From contig JBKAGE010000008.1 in NCBI GenBank assembly GCA_046290225.1, forward strand, positions 1-64,000: DNA of 64,000 bases, given 5' to 3'. The stretch comes from Bradymonadia bacterium. GTDB taxonomy: Bacteria > Myxococcota_A > Bradymonadia > UBA7976 > UBA1532. The position numbers and the translations under genes are program-made. This document shows, in pieces, positions 56,045 through 64,000 of this stretch. Every line of letters starts with the position of its first letter. Position 1 is the first letter of the stretch. The notes below the pieces were generated by a model, which saw only the letters and a program-made list of their open reading frames with translations, had not been told where the DNA came from and searched no databases.

Positions 56045-57553
56045 CTACGGTGTGTAACGGGCCAACGCCAGCAAGATCGCATCCTGTACCTTCCAGGCCT
56101 TCCAAGCGGGTCCCTCCAGGTCGTTGAGCAAGATGCTGAAGGCCGCCATCTTGCCCCCCTTCATCGTCAGATAACCCGTGAGGCAGACCACCCCATCGAG
56201 CGTGCCCGTCTTTGCCCGGACCGTACCCGGAGGCAGCTCTTTCAAGCGGCGGCGCAGCGTGCCGTCCACCCCGTTCATGGGCAGCGACGCCGCAAACTCC
56301 GGCAGAGGGGGCCGCAGTGTGTGCATGTGGCGCATCAGCTGCACGAGCTGGGCGGCAGAGAAGGCTGTGTTGCCGAAGAGACCCGAGCCGTTCACGTAGC
56401 GGAAGTCACCCTTGAGGCCGACCTCCTGGGTGAGGAATCGACGGACCACCTTGGCGCCGGAGGCCCAATCCCCTTGGGCGCCCTTTCGCACCCCGAGCGT
56501 GCGCAGCACCTGCTCTGCCATGAAGTTGTTCGAGAGCTTGTTGATGTCCACCGCGGCGAGGGCCAGAGTGCGGGAGACCTCTCGGGAGAGCAGGCGGCGC
56601 TTCTTCGGCGCGGCTTCGACGCGTACTTTGCCCTTCACCTGAATGCCCGCCTCTTCGAGGAACATCTTCAGGCCATAGCCCGCGAACAGGGCGGGGTTGT
56701 CGATGCGCTTGCGCACCGTGGCCCCCTTGCTCTTGAGCGGGATGCGGCCGCTCACGCGGATCAAGGTGCGATCTTTGTAGGCCCCGGCCTTCACCGCCAC
56801 GCTCGTGCGGCCTTTGCTCGTGGTGGTGGCGGTGTTCTCGATCACCGCATAGCCAGAGTCCGGGCGCAGAGTCACCTTGGGGGACTCACCGGCTGCTTTC
56901 CCGGGCTTCACCTGGATGACCATGCTGTTGAAGTTGAGGCTCATGGCCCCCGAGGCCGCGCGGTAGGCGTCGTCCTGGTTCTTGTCGTCGAAGCCTGGGG
57001 CCATGCGATCGGCGGTAAAGCGGGTGTCGTCGACGACGATGTCGCCGGTCACCTCGGTGAGGCCTTTTCGCTTGGCTTTGGTCACCAGGGACCACAGCGA
57101 CTCGTTTACGAAGCGCGGATCCCCCCGGCCAATGAGGTAGAGGTCGCTGACTTTGCCGCCGGTTTCGTCCTTTGGCGCGGCGAGATCGGTGTTCCAGGTG
57201 TGTGCCGGGCTCAGCAGAGAGAGGGCCGCCGAGGTGGTCACCACCTTCGTGTTCGAAGCAGGGTGCAGTGCCAGATCCGGGTTCACCGCGAAGAGCCGGC
57301 TCTTCTTTCGGCGATCGAGGCGCTCCACGACGATGCTCACTTTCGCGCCCTTGAGGATCTCCTCGTCGAGGATGGGCTTGAGGCGCTTCACCAGGGCGGG
57401 TACACCGCTGATCTGCAGGTCGCGTGTGCGGGGGGGTTGAGGGGCTGCCTTCGCAGGGGGTGCGTCTTCATCTGGCGCAGGCTGGCTCCACGCTGTGAGC
57501 GGGGTGAGCGAGGCGAAGGCCAGCACGGTGAGCAGAGGGGGCGAGAGCGGCAT
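56045..57553 (-). CDS. dacB: D-alanyl-D-alanine carboxypeptidase/endopeptidase (PBP4, peptidase S13)
   Basis: PASNTK (SxxK), GRGDP, SNNFMAE (SxN), NGSGL, GVDGTL, AKTGTL; signal peptide; start uncertain (57553-57625). Confidence 0.94.
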   Translation of the reverse strand: MPLSPPLLTVLAFASLTPLTAWSQPAPDEDAPPAKAAPQPPRTRDLQISGVPALVKRLKPILDEEILKGAKVSIVVERLDRRKKSRLFAVNPDLALHPASNTKVVTTSAALSLLSPAHTWNTDLAAPKDETGGKVSDLYLIGRGDPRFVNESLWSLVTKAKRKGLTEVTGDIVVDDTRFTADRMAPGFDDKNQDDAYRAASGAMSLNFNSMVIQVKPGKAAGESPKVTLRPDSGYAVIENTATTTSKGRTSVAVKAGAYKDRTLIRVSGRIPLKSKGATVRKRIDNPALFAGYGLKMFLEEAGIQVKGKVRVEAAPKKRRLLSREVSRTLALAAVDINKLSNNFMAEQVLRTLGVRKGAQGDWASGAKVVRRFLTQEVGLKGDFRYVNGSGLFGNTAFSAAQLVQLMRHMHTLRPPLPEFAASLPMNGVDGTLRRRLKELPPGTVRAKTGTLDGVVCLTGYLTMKGGKMAAFSILLNDLEGPAWKAWKVQDAILLALARYTP

Positions 57554-57699
57554 GGATGGCACAACGTTCATGGCGGGCATTGTATGCCCGAAAACTTTCT
57601 CGCGCTTTTTTTGCCATTGCCCCAAGGCATGGTGTCACACGTTGCAGAATTGGATGAAACACTGACTGGCTGATGCCAACCCATTTGGAGAACACAGAG

Positions 57700-58287
57700 A
57701 TGATGCTTGATACCAAAAACCTGCTCGTGGCCCTGGTTGCCGCTTTCTCCCTCTCCACCTTCGGCTGCAACGTCGAGGCCGACATCTCCGGCGAAGGCGC
57801 CGTCGACGCCGCCATCGAGGAGGGCGCCGAAGGCGAAGCCCCCGAGGAGGGCTGGGAGGAAATGGAGGGGGCAGACGGCGCTGACGCCGAAGCCCCCGAG
57901 GATGATGAAGATGCTGAGCCTGATCCTGAGGTGGCCCCTGAAGGTGAGGGGGACGACGAGGATGAGGACGACGAGGACGAGGATGAGGACGGCGAAGAGG
58001 GTGATGAGGAGGAGGACGACGATGAGGACGACGACGACGAGGATGACGATGACGACGCCGATGGCGACGTAGACGAGGGCGAAGACGACGAGGAAGACGA
58101 CGACGAGGATGAGGACGGCGAGGATGAGGACGGCGACGACGACGATGACGACGCCGAGGATGACGACGAAGACGGCGAGGAGGATGAGGACGACGACGAG
58201 GATGATGACGAAGAGGGCGAAGACGACGATGATGACGGCGACGAGGAAGATGGTGACGAGGAGGCCGAGCCCCAGGCTGGCGCCTGA
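57700..58287 (+). CDS. Extremely acidic (Asp/Glu-rich) lipoprotein
   Basis: GGAG RBS; signal peptide with lipobox TFGC; the rest is dominated by D/E runs with mixed codons. Confidence 0.85.
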   Translation: MMLDTKNLLVALVAAFSLSTFGCNVEADISGEGAVDAAIEEGAEGEAPEEGWEEMEGADGADAEAPEDDEDAEPDPEVAPEGEGDDEDEDDEDEDEDGEEGDEEEDDDEDDDDEDDDDDADGDVDEGEDDEEDDDEDEDGEDEDGDDDDDDAEDDDEDGEEDEDDDEDDDEEGEDDDDDGDEEDGDEEAEPQAGA

Positions 58288-58327
58288 GGCTCACGTGGCC
58301 TGCTGACCAGAAAGAGAAGACCCGCCC

Positions 58328-58840
58328 ATGCTCTTTGCCAGCCTGCTCAGGCAGCGATCTGCGGCCCTCGACATCGACCAGCTTTACCGGCGTCACGCCG
58401 GGCTGGTGGTGCGTCGGGCCCGCAGGTTTTTCCCTGACGAGGCCGAAGAGGTGGCCCACGAGGTCTTTTTGAGGGTGATCGAGAAAGCCCACACGTTCCG
58501 GGGCGAAGCATCGCCGACGACGTGGCTGTATCAGCTGACCACCCGACACTGTCTCAATCGACTTCGGTCCAGCCGCCGCCGCTCGGCGGCTCTGGCCCTC
58601 TATCGCGAAGACCCCTGGGGTGCCCCCGTGGGCAAGGATCCCGAGGTGCAGCTGTTCCTCGAGCAGGCCTGGGCCACGCTCGATCCAGAGCTGGCCACCC
58701 TGGGGGTGTATTACTTCGTCGATGATCTCACCCACCAACAGATCGCTGACATGACGGGGGTCTCCCGTCGGACTGTGGGCAACCGGATCGATGATCTGCG
58801 GGCCCATATCCAGAGGATCGCTGGAGGGAAGCACGTATGA
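58328..58840 (+). CDS. ECF RNA polymerase sigma factor (caspase-operon associated)
   Basis: LYRRH, AEEVAHEVF, FRGEASPTTWLYQLTTRHCLNRLR, QQIADMTGVSRRTV. Confidence 0.92.
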   Translation: MLFASLLRQRSAALDIDQLYRRHAGLVVRRARRFFPDEAEEVAHEVFLRVIEKAHTFRGEASPTTWLYQLTTRHCLNRLRSSRRRSAALALYREDPWGAPVGKDPEVQLFLEQAWATLDPELATLGVYYFVDDLTHQQIADMTGVSRRTVGNRIDDLRAHIQRIAGGKHV

Positions 58841-59595
58841 ACACTGAACTGAGCGCACGGCTGCTGCGCCGTGATGGGCGGTGCAGTGATCTGGCCCTCG
58901 AGCTGTGGGTGGCCGGGGAGCTGTCGACCGAGGAGCGGTTGGCCCTTGAGGCCCACTTCGAACAACACCCCGACGATCTCGCCCGGGCGGAGGCGATTCA
59001 AAGACATCAGGATCGAGTGACCTTGTCGCCCCCGGAGGCCAAGGTGCTGCGGTTCCCGTTCTGGGTGACGGGCACCCTCGCCGCTGCGCTGGCCGCGGCG
59101 CTCACGCTCATCGTCATCCGTGGGCCAGCAAACACGGTCACCACACCCACCGTGGACGATGGGATCCGCATCAAGGCCGGCGCCCTCGACTTCGAGGTCT
59201 TCGCCCACGATGGGGAGAGCAGTCGCCCGGTGACCGATGGCGGTGCGGTGAAGGCCGGTGAGCGCATCGGGTTTCGACTGAAGGCTCGACACGAGGGCTA
59301 TGTCCTCGTGGCCGGGGTCGACGAGGCCGGCGCACCCTACCCGTGCTGGCCTGCAGGTGACGCCCCCGAGGGGGCTCGCTGGACCGAAAAAGAGCCTGTG
59401 AAGCTTGATCAGGCCATGCGCCTCGATAATACCCCTGGCTCAGAGCGCTTCGTGGCGGTCTTTTGCCCTCAGCCGGTGAAGTTCACCGAGGTGAGTACGG
59501 CTCTGGTGAAAGCCCGAGCCGATCAATGGAAGGGCGATGTGCCCTTGTCCGAAGGGTGTGTCTCTCGAGTGGTCCGTTTGGAGAAGCAAAAATGA
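58837..59595 (+). CDS. Putative anti-sigma factor with TM and DUF4384-like periplasmic domain
   Basis: ATGA overlap; SDLALE...GEL...EAH zf-HC2-like N-terminus; TM; GERIGF, GYVLVAGVD, LDNTPGSERFVAVFCPQP. Confidence 0.82.
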   Translation: MNTELSARLLRRDGRCSDLALELWVAGELSTEERLALEAHFEQHPDDLARAEAIQRHQDRVTLSPPEAKVLRFPFWVTGTLAAALAAALTLIVIRGPANTVTTPTVDDGIRIKAGALDFEVFAHDGESSRPVTDGGAVKAGERIGFRLKARHEGYVLVAGVDEAGAPYPCWPAGDAPEGARWTEKEPVKLDQAMRLDNTPGSERFVAVFCPQPVKFTEVSTALVKARADQWKGDVPLSEGCVSRVVRLEKQK

Positions 59596-61187
59596 GCGCC
59601 CGTGCGTCACAGTCGCGCCTGCTCCCCATGATCTCACTGTGGATCATCGCGCTGTTGACGACTTCTTTGTGGAGCCTCGATGCCGCCGAGGCGGGCGGCC
59701 AGGTGCGGTACGCCGTGGTGGTGGGGGCCGACGAAGGCCTCGCCGACGAGGTTTCGCTGCGGTTTGCTGAGCGTGACGCCGCCCGCATCGCCGATGTGCT
59801 CACGCGTTTTGGTCAGGTCCCCGAAGAGAACCTGATCCTGCTCAAGGGCCGGAGCGCCGACGACGTCACTCGAGTGCTCGGAGAGCTCGGCAAGCGCCTC
59901 GCAGCCGACGAGGCGGCCGATCGAGAGAGCCTGCTCTTCTTCTTCTACAGCGGCCACGCCGACGCCAACGAGCTGCACCTGTACGGCTCGCGGCTGCCTC
60001 TGAAAGAACTCAAATCTCTCGTCGACGACAGCCAGGCCAAGCTGAGGGTCATGGTGGTCGATGCGTGCCGAAGTGGCGCCCTCACGCGGCTCAAAGGCGC
60101 CACCCCCGCGGAGCCCTTCGCCATCGACGCCGAAGATCGTCTCGCCAGCGAGGGCATGGCCATCATCACCAGCAGCGCCCCCGGTGAAGACGCTCAGGAG
60201 TCCGATCAGATCAAGGGCGGCATCTTCACTCATCACTTCATCGGTGGGTTGCTCGGCGCCGCAGACGCCTCCTCTGATCAGCGGGTGACCCTCAACGAGG
60301 CCTACCGCTACGCGTATGAGCAGACGCTGCGCAGCACCAGCAGAGCGCGCTTCGTGCAGCACCCGACCTACAGCTTCAGGATGAGGGGGCGGGAAGATCT
60401 CGTGCTCACCCGCCTCAAGGAGACCCGAGGTTTGGGTCGGATGGCGCTGCAGGTCGATGGCCGTTACCTGCTGTTGCCCCAGGACGACGATGGTCGGGTG
60501 GTGGAGCTGAGCACCGAGGGGCGCACCCTGGTGCTGCTCGAGCCGGGCCAGTGGCTGGTGCGCCGACGCACTGACAAGACCGTCTACGAGGCCAGGCAGC
60601 AGGTGAGCCCTGGCGAGACCACTGAGGTGATGGCCGCGGCCATGTCGCCGGTGCCTTTTGGCCAGACCGTGCGCCGAGGCGACGCCTTGAGCCGGCAGTC
60701 CGCCTGGGTGCTCACCACGGGCTTCGAGGCCGCCGGCTCGTACCAAACTCAGATCGGCCCCACCTTCGGCCCCACCCTCGGGCTGCGCGTCGATCTGGCC
60801 CCGGTGAGCCTGGAAGCCCGTGTGCGGTGGGGCCGGACCTCGTCGAGCAACACCGACGTTGATCTGACCCAGGACACCCTCGGCTTCGATCTCGGGGCCC
60901 TCAAGCTCTACGACGTGGCGCCTCCGGTGGCCCTGGGCTTCGGGGTGCGCCTCGGTGTCGACGCCGTCAATCAACGGTTCGAAACCACCGGCAGCGGCCC
61001 GGCAAGGACCGCCTATGCCGGGCGACTGAGCCCGGTCTTGCGTGCTGAATGGAACCTCGCGGCCTGGCTCACCCTGGGCCTCGAAGCAGGCGCCGACATG
61101 CGGTGGGTGCAGCTCGAAGGCGAGCTCGACGCGAGCTTTAACGCCGTCCCCGTCGGGGGCCTCACCCTCGGAGGTTACCTGCCATGA
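59592..61187 (+). CDS. Secreted caspase-family (C14) peptidase with C-terminal outer-membrane beta-barrel-like domain
   Basis: ATGA overlap; signal peptide; LRFAERDA, FYSGHAD (His), VDACRSG (Cys), AQES...FTH, Q-H-P; C-terminal amphipathic strands. Confidence 0.9.
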   Translation: MSARASQSRLLPMISLWIIALLTTSLWSLDAAEAGGQVRYAVVVGADEGLADEVSLRFAERDAARIADVLTRFGQVPEENLILLKGRSADDVTRVLGELGKRLAADEAADRESLLFFFYSGHADANELHLYGSRLPLKELKSLVDDSQAKLRVMVVDACRSGALTRLKGATPAEPFAIDAEDRLASEGMAIITSSAPGEDAQESDQIKGGIFTHHFIGGLLGAADASSDQRVTLNEAYRYAYEQTLRSTSRARFVQHPTYSFRMRGREDLVLTRLKETRGLGRMALQVDGRYLLLPQDDDGRVVELSTEGRTLVLLEPGQWLVRRRTDKTVYEARQQVSPGETTEVMAAAMSPVPFGQTVRRGDALSRQSAWVLTTGFEAAGSYQTQIGPTFGPTLGLRVDLAPVSLEARVRWGRTSSSNTDVDLTQDTLGFDLGALKLYDVAPPVALGFGVRLGVDAVNQRFETTGSGPARTAYAGRLSPVLRAEWNLAAWLTLGLEAGADMRWVQLEGELDASFNAVPVGGLTLGGYLP

Positions 61188-62071
61188 AATCGATCGCGAT
61201 CCTGACCGCGGGGCTGGCCCTCGTTGGGGCCCTGGTGGCCTGTGGCGACGCCCTCGTCGAAGGCACCTATCGCGGAGAGGCCCTCTTCATCGCCGAGGGT
61301 CGTGTGGAGGTGTTGCTCGACACCGAGGCCTTGGAGCACTGCTACGAGGCCGAGGGGCAATGCGAGCAGCAGGCCACCACGGAAGACGAAGAAGACGTGT
61401 GCGAGGCGGCGTTGCGAGAGTGCATCACCGGCGCCACCGACACGGAGAGACCCTGGGAGCGGACGCCAGACCGGCTACGCCTGGCCCTCTTCTGGACCCG
61501 TGATGGTCTCAGCAGTGGCATCGGCGGCGCCGGCCTTGTAGAGCAGGGTGGGCAGACCATCGGCCGGTTCCCCGGGCTCTTCGATCTGCGCATCTACCGA
61601 CCCCCGAGCCCTGATGTGTTGCGCTCGGCGAGTGATGGTGGGCAATACGCCATCGCCGTGGTGGCGTTGTACCTCGACGACGACCGCGACGAGCTCTGGA
61701 ACGCCACCCGAGACCGTCTGGTGGGCGGTGCGCGAAGCCAGACGGTGATCTACACCCCCGAGGGCTTCAATGACGAGCGCATCGGCGCCTTTGGCCCTGG
61801 CTGGCATCGACTGAGCTTCGAACTGGACTGCGAAGCGCAGATGCTCTCCATTGGTGATCCGGAGCCTGGCCCCATGCGGCTGGGGCTCACGGAGCGGTTG
61901 CCGGTGCTGCAGCAGGTGCTCATCGACTTCGACTGTGACGGCAGCTATGAAGACACCTGTGAAGATCCCGAGGTGCAGGCGGAGTGTGCCGCCGGCTCGA
62001 TGGAGACCATCTGCCTGATCTGCGCTGATGAAGAGGAAGACGACGATGAGGAGGAAGACGACGACGATTGA
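61184..62071 (+). CDS. Hypothetical lipoprotein with Cys pairs and acidic tail
   Basis: ATGA overlap with the caspase stop; GGAGG RBS; lipobox LVAC; ends DEEEDDDEEEDDDD. Confidence 0.85.
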   Translation: MKSIAILTAGLALVGALVACGDALVEGTYRGEALFIAEGRVEVLLDTEALEHCYEAEGQCEQQATTEDEEDVCEAALRECITGATDTERPWERTPDRLRLALFWTRDGLSSGIGGAGLVEQGGQTIGRFPGLFDLRIYRPPSPDVLRSASDGGQYAIAVVALYLDDDRDELWNATRDRLVGGARSQTVIYTPEGFNDERIGAFGPGWHRLSFELDCEAQMLSIGDPEPGPMRLGLTERLPVLQQVLIDFDCDGSYEDTCEDPEVQAECAAGSMETICLICADEEEDDDEEEDDDD

Positions 62072-63644
62072 GGCTCGCCACTGGGCTCTCCTCGCGCTCA
62101 TCTTCTCTCTCGCCGCGTGTCGTGGCGACGTCAGCCCCTCTGCTCAGCTGCCCCGAGACCAGCAAATCGTCGTGTCGGTGCCCGTGGCCCTGCAAGGGCC
62201 ACTCGACCCTCGCCTGAACACCAGAGCCTGGACGGGCAAGGTCATCCAGCTGATGTTCGAGGGGGTCACCACCGTGGCCAACCCTCAGAGCGTCGCCGAG
62301 CCCGCCCTGGCGGCGCGCATCGAGCAGCCCTCACCAGAGATCTACGACATCTACCTGCGCCCCGAGGCGAAGTTCCACGACGGCACCGACGTCACCGCTG
62401 AAGATGTCGCCGCCACATGGCGCAGCACGCAGAACAAAGCCCTCAAGAGCCCGCTCAAGGGGTACTACGAGCGCGTCAAGGACATCGAGATCCTGGGCCC
62501 GAAGCATCTGAAGGTCACCCTCGATGGGCCCCACTCCACCTTCTTGAGTGATATGTCCATGGGCATCGTGCCGGCGCGACTCATCGGCCCCGACGGCAAG
62601 TTGACTGCCCCTGTAGGTGCTGGCCCCTATCAGCTCCACGCCCGATCAGGTGAGCAGGAGATTGTACTCGCCCGGAGCGGGCACTATCACCGCGGCCAGC
62701 CCGCGAGCCCCTACCTGACCTTTCGGGCCATCGCAGATCAGAACACCCGCCTGCTCGCGCTGCTCGGGGGCTCGGTGGATGTCATCCAGAACGCCGTGAG
62801 CCCGGTGCTTGCCGACGCCATGGCCAAACGCCCGGGCGTCGCCGTCGACCACAGCGCCGGGGTGGCCTATGCCTATCTCGGCTTCAACCTGCGACACCCC
62901 CCGCTCGACGACATACGGGTGCGTCAGGCCATCGCCTACGCCCTCGATCGAGACCGGCTCATCACCCACAAGTTCAAGGGTATGGCTCAAGCAGCCACGG
63001 GCATGCTCGCCGAGGGTCACTGGGCCTACTCCGACGAGATCCAGCGTTACCCACTCGACCGGGGGAAGGCCAGAGCCCTGCTCGATGCTGCGGGGTTCCC
63101 GCGGCCGGCAGACGGCGGCCCGCGCCTGCGCCTCACCTGGACCACGAGCACCGACAAGTTCCGCCGGAACATCGTCGAGCTGCTCGCCGACGATCTCAAG
63201 CACGTGGGCGTCGAGGTCAAGGTGCAGGCTTTCGAGCTGGGCACGCTGCTCGCCGACATCAAATCAGGCAACTTCCAGATGGTCAGCCTGATGTGGTCCG
63301 ATCCGAGCGAGCCGCACATGTACGACTGGATCTTTCACAGTGGTCGGATCCCAACGGCAGATGCCCCCAACAGGGGTGGAAATCGCGGGGCATATCGAAA
63401 CCCCGAGGTGGATCGGCTCATCGAAGCGGGGCGGGTGGCCGGTCGACCAGAGGCCCGCAGGCCCTTTTACGTGCAGATTCAGAGTATCCTTGCCGAGGAG
63501 CTGCCGTATATCAGTCTGTGGCACGAAGATGTGGTCGTGGTCCGCCGGTCAGAGGTGACGGGCTTCACTGTGCTGCCGAACAACAGCATGTTCGGGTTGT
63601 GGCAGGCACGACGCGTTGGAGATCGAGATGAACCTGACCCCTGA
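62046..63644 (+). CDS. Peptide/nickel ABC transporter substrate-binding lipoprotein (family 5)
   Basis: Lipobox LAAC; KFHDGTDVTAEDV, VGAGPY, YLGFN, VRQAIAYALDR, YRNPEVDRLI; overlaps the upstream gene. Confidence 0.93.
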   Translation: MRRKTTTIEARHWALLALIFSLAACRGDVSPSAQLPRDQQIVVSVPVALQGPLDPRLNTRAWTGKVIQLMFEGVTTVANPQSVAEPALAARIEQPSPEIYDIYLRPEAKFHDGTDVTAEDVAATWRSTQNKALKSPLKGYYERVKDIEILGPKHLKVTLDGPHSTFLSDMSMGIVPARLIGPDGKLTAPVGAGPYQLHARSGEQEIVLARSGHYHRGQPASPYLTFRAIADQNTRLLALLGGSVDVIQNAVSPVLADAMAKRPGVAVDHSAGVAYAYLGFNLRHPPLDDIRVRQAIAYALDRDRLITHKFKGMAQAATGMLAEGHWAYSDEIQRYPLDRGKARALLDAAGFPRPADGGPRLRLTWTTSTDKFRRNIVELLADDLKHVGVEVKVQAFELGTLLADIKSGNFQMVSLMWSDPSEPHMYDWIFHSGRIPTADAPNRGGNRGAYRNPEVDRLIEAGRVAGRPEARRPFYVQIQSILAEELPYISLWHEDVVVVRRSEVTGFTVLPNNSMFGLWQARRVGDRDEPDP

Positions 63645-64000
63645 TCCACTGCCCCCGGAGGGCGAGGCCGCGAAGCCTCGACGCCCCTGGCCCCGCCGTC
63701 TGCTCACCATCGTGGGTCTGTGGGGTGTGATCTCGATCCTGGTCTTCGGCATCCTCGGCGGCGGCAACAAGGGTGGCCCGGAGGCGGGCTCACCTGCGGT
63801 GATGATGAAGGTGCCCCAGCTCGGCGCCTCGGCCCCCTTCGACATGGCAACGCTGAAGGGAAAGACGGTGTTGCTCGACTTCTGGGCGACTCACTGTGGC
63901 CCCTGTAAGAAGACGCTCCCAGCCCTGCAGACGGTGTATCAACGCTACAAGGATGATCCCGATGTGGTGATCATGTCGGTGAATCTGGACATGGGGGCCC
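63628..64000 (+). CDS. TlpA/ResA-family thiol:disulfide oxidoreductase (truncated by window end)
   Basis: Own translation from ATG 63628: N-terminal TM, then LKGKTVLLDFWATHCGPCKKTLP...VVIMSVNLD; no stop before 64000. Confidence 0.92.
   Translation, partial: MNLTPDPLPPEGEAAKPRRPWPRRLLTIVGLWGVISILVFGILGGGNKGGPEAGSPAVMMKVPQLGASAPFDMATLKGKTVLLDFWATHCGPCKKTLPALQTVYQRYKDDPDVVIMSVNLDMGA

Noticed and set aside
57635..58858. Arg/Pro/His-rich 407-aa minus-strand ORF
   Set aside because: Reverse-strand reading of the Asp/Glu codon run and the sigma gene

Overview
A 64-kb, high-GC, gene-dense chromosomal window of about 50 CDS. The organism is probably a Myxococcota/Bradymonadia-type deltaproteobacterium; this is inferred from five MYXO-CTERM-tailed surface proteins, an AglZ-like pseudo-receiver/coiled-coil protein, and many Cys-rich lipoproteins with Gly/Asp-rich linkers. 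Housekeeping genes (lpdA, pdp, dcp, xth, dacB, SulP, peptide-ABC ATPases) are interspersed with exported proteins carrying eukaryote-like domains (lysyl oxidase, NIDO-like, temptin-like, IgGFc-binding). I saw no rRNA, tRNA, CRISPR array or transposase. Highlights: (1) a translationally coupled operon of ECF sigma / TM-DUF4384-like anti-sigma / secreted caspase fused to a beta-barrel / lipoprotein, in which protease and anti-sigma share an R-x-K-[GA] motif, making it a candidate trans-envelope proteolytic signalling system; (2) an McrBC-like restriction pair head-to-head with a PrfH-type RtcB2 RNA ligase that has no adjacent prfH; (3) a 370-bp non-coding element with perfect 40-bp terminal inverted repeats built from GTAG-REP-like units; (4) a palindrome-rich tandem array with a unit of about 100 bp; (5) a lysyl oxidase lipoprotein with an apparently circularly permuted NIDO-like domain. 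All family assignments come from motif recognition by eye, not database searches, and several start codons are my choices within the supplied ORFs.
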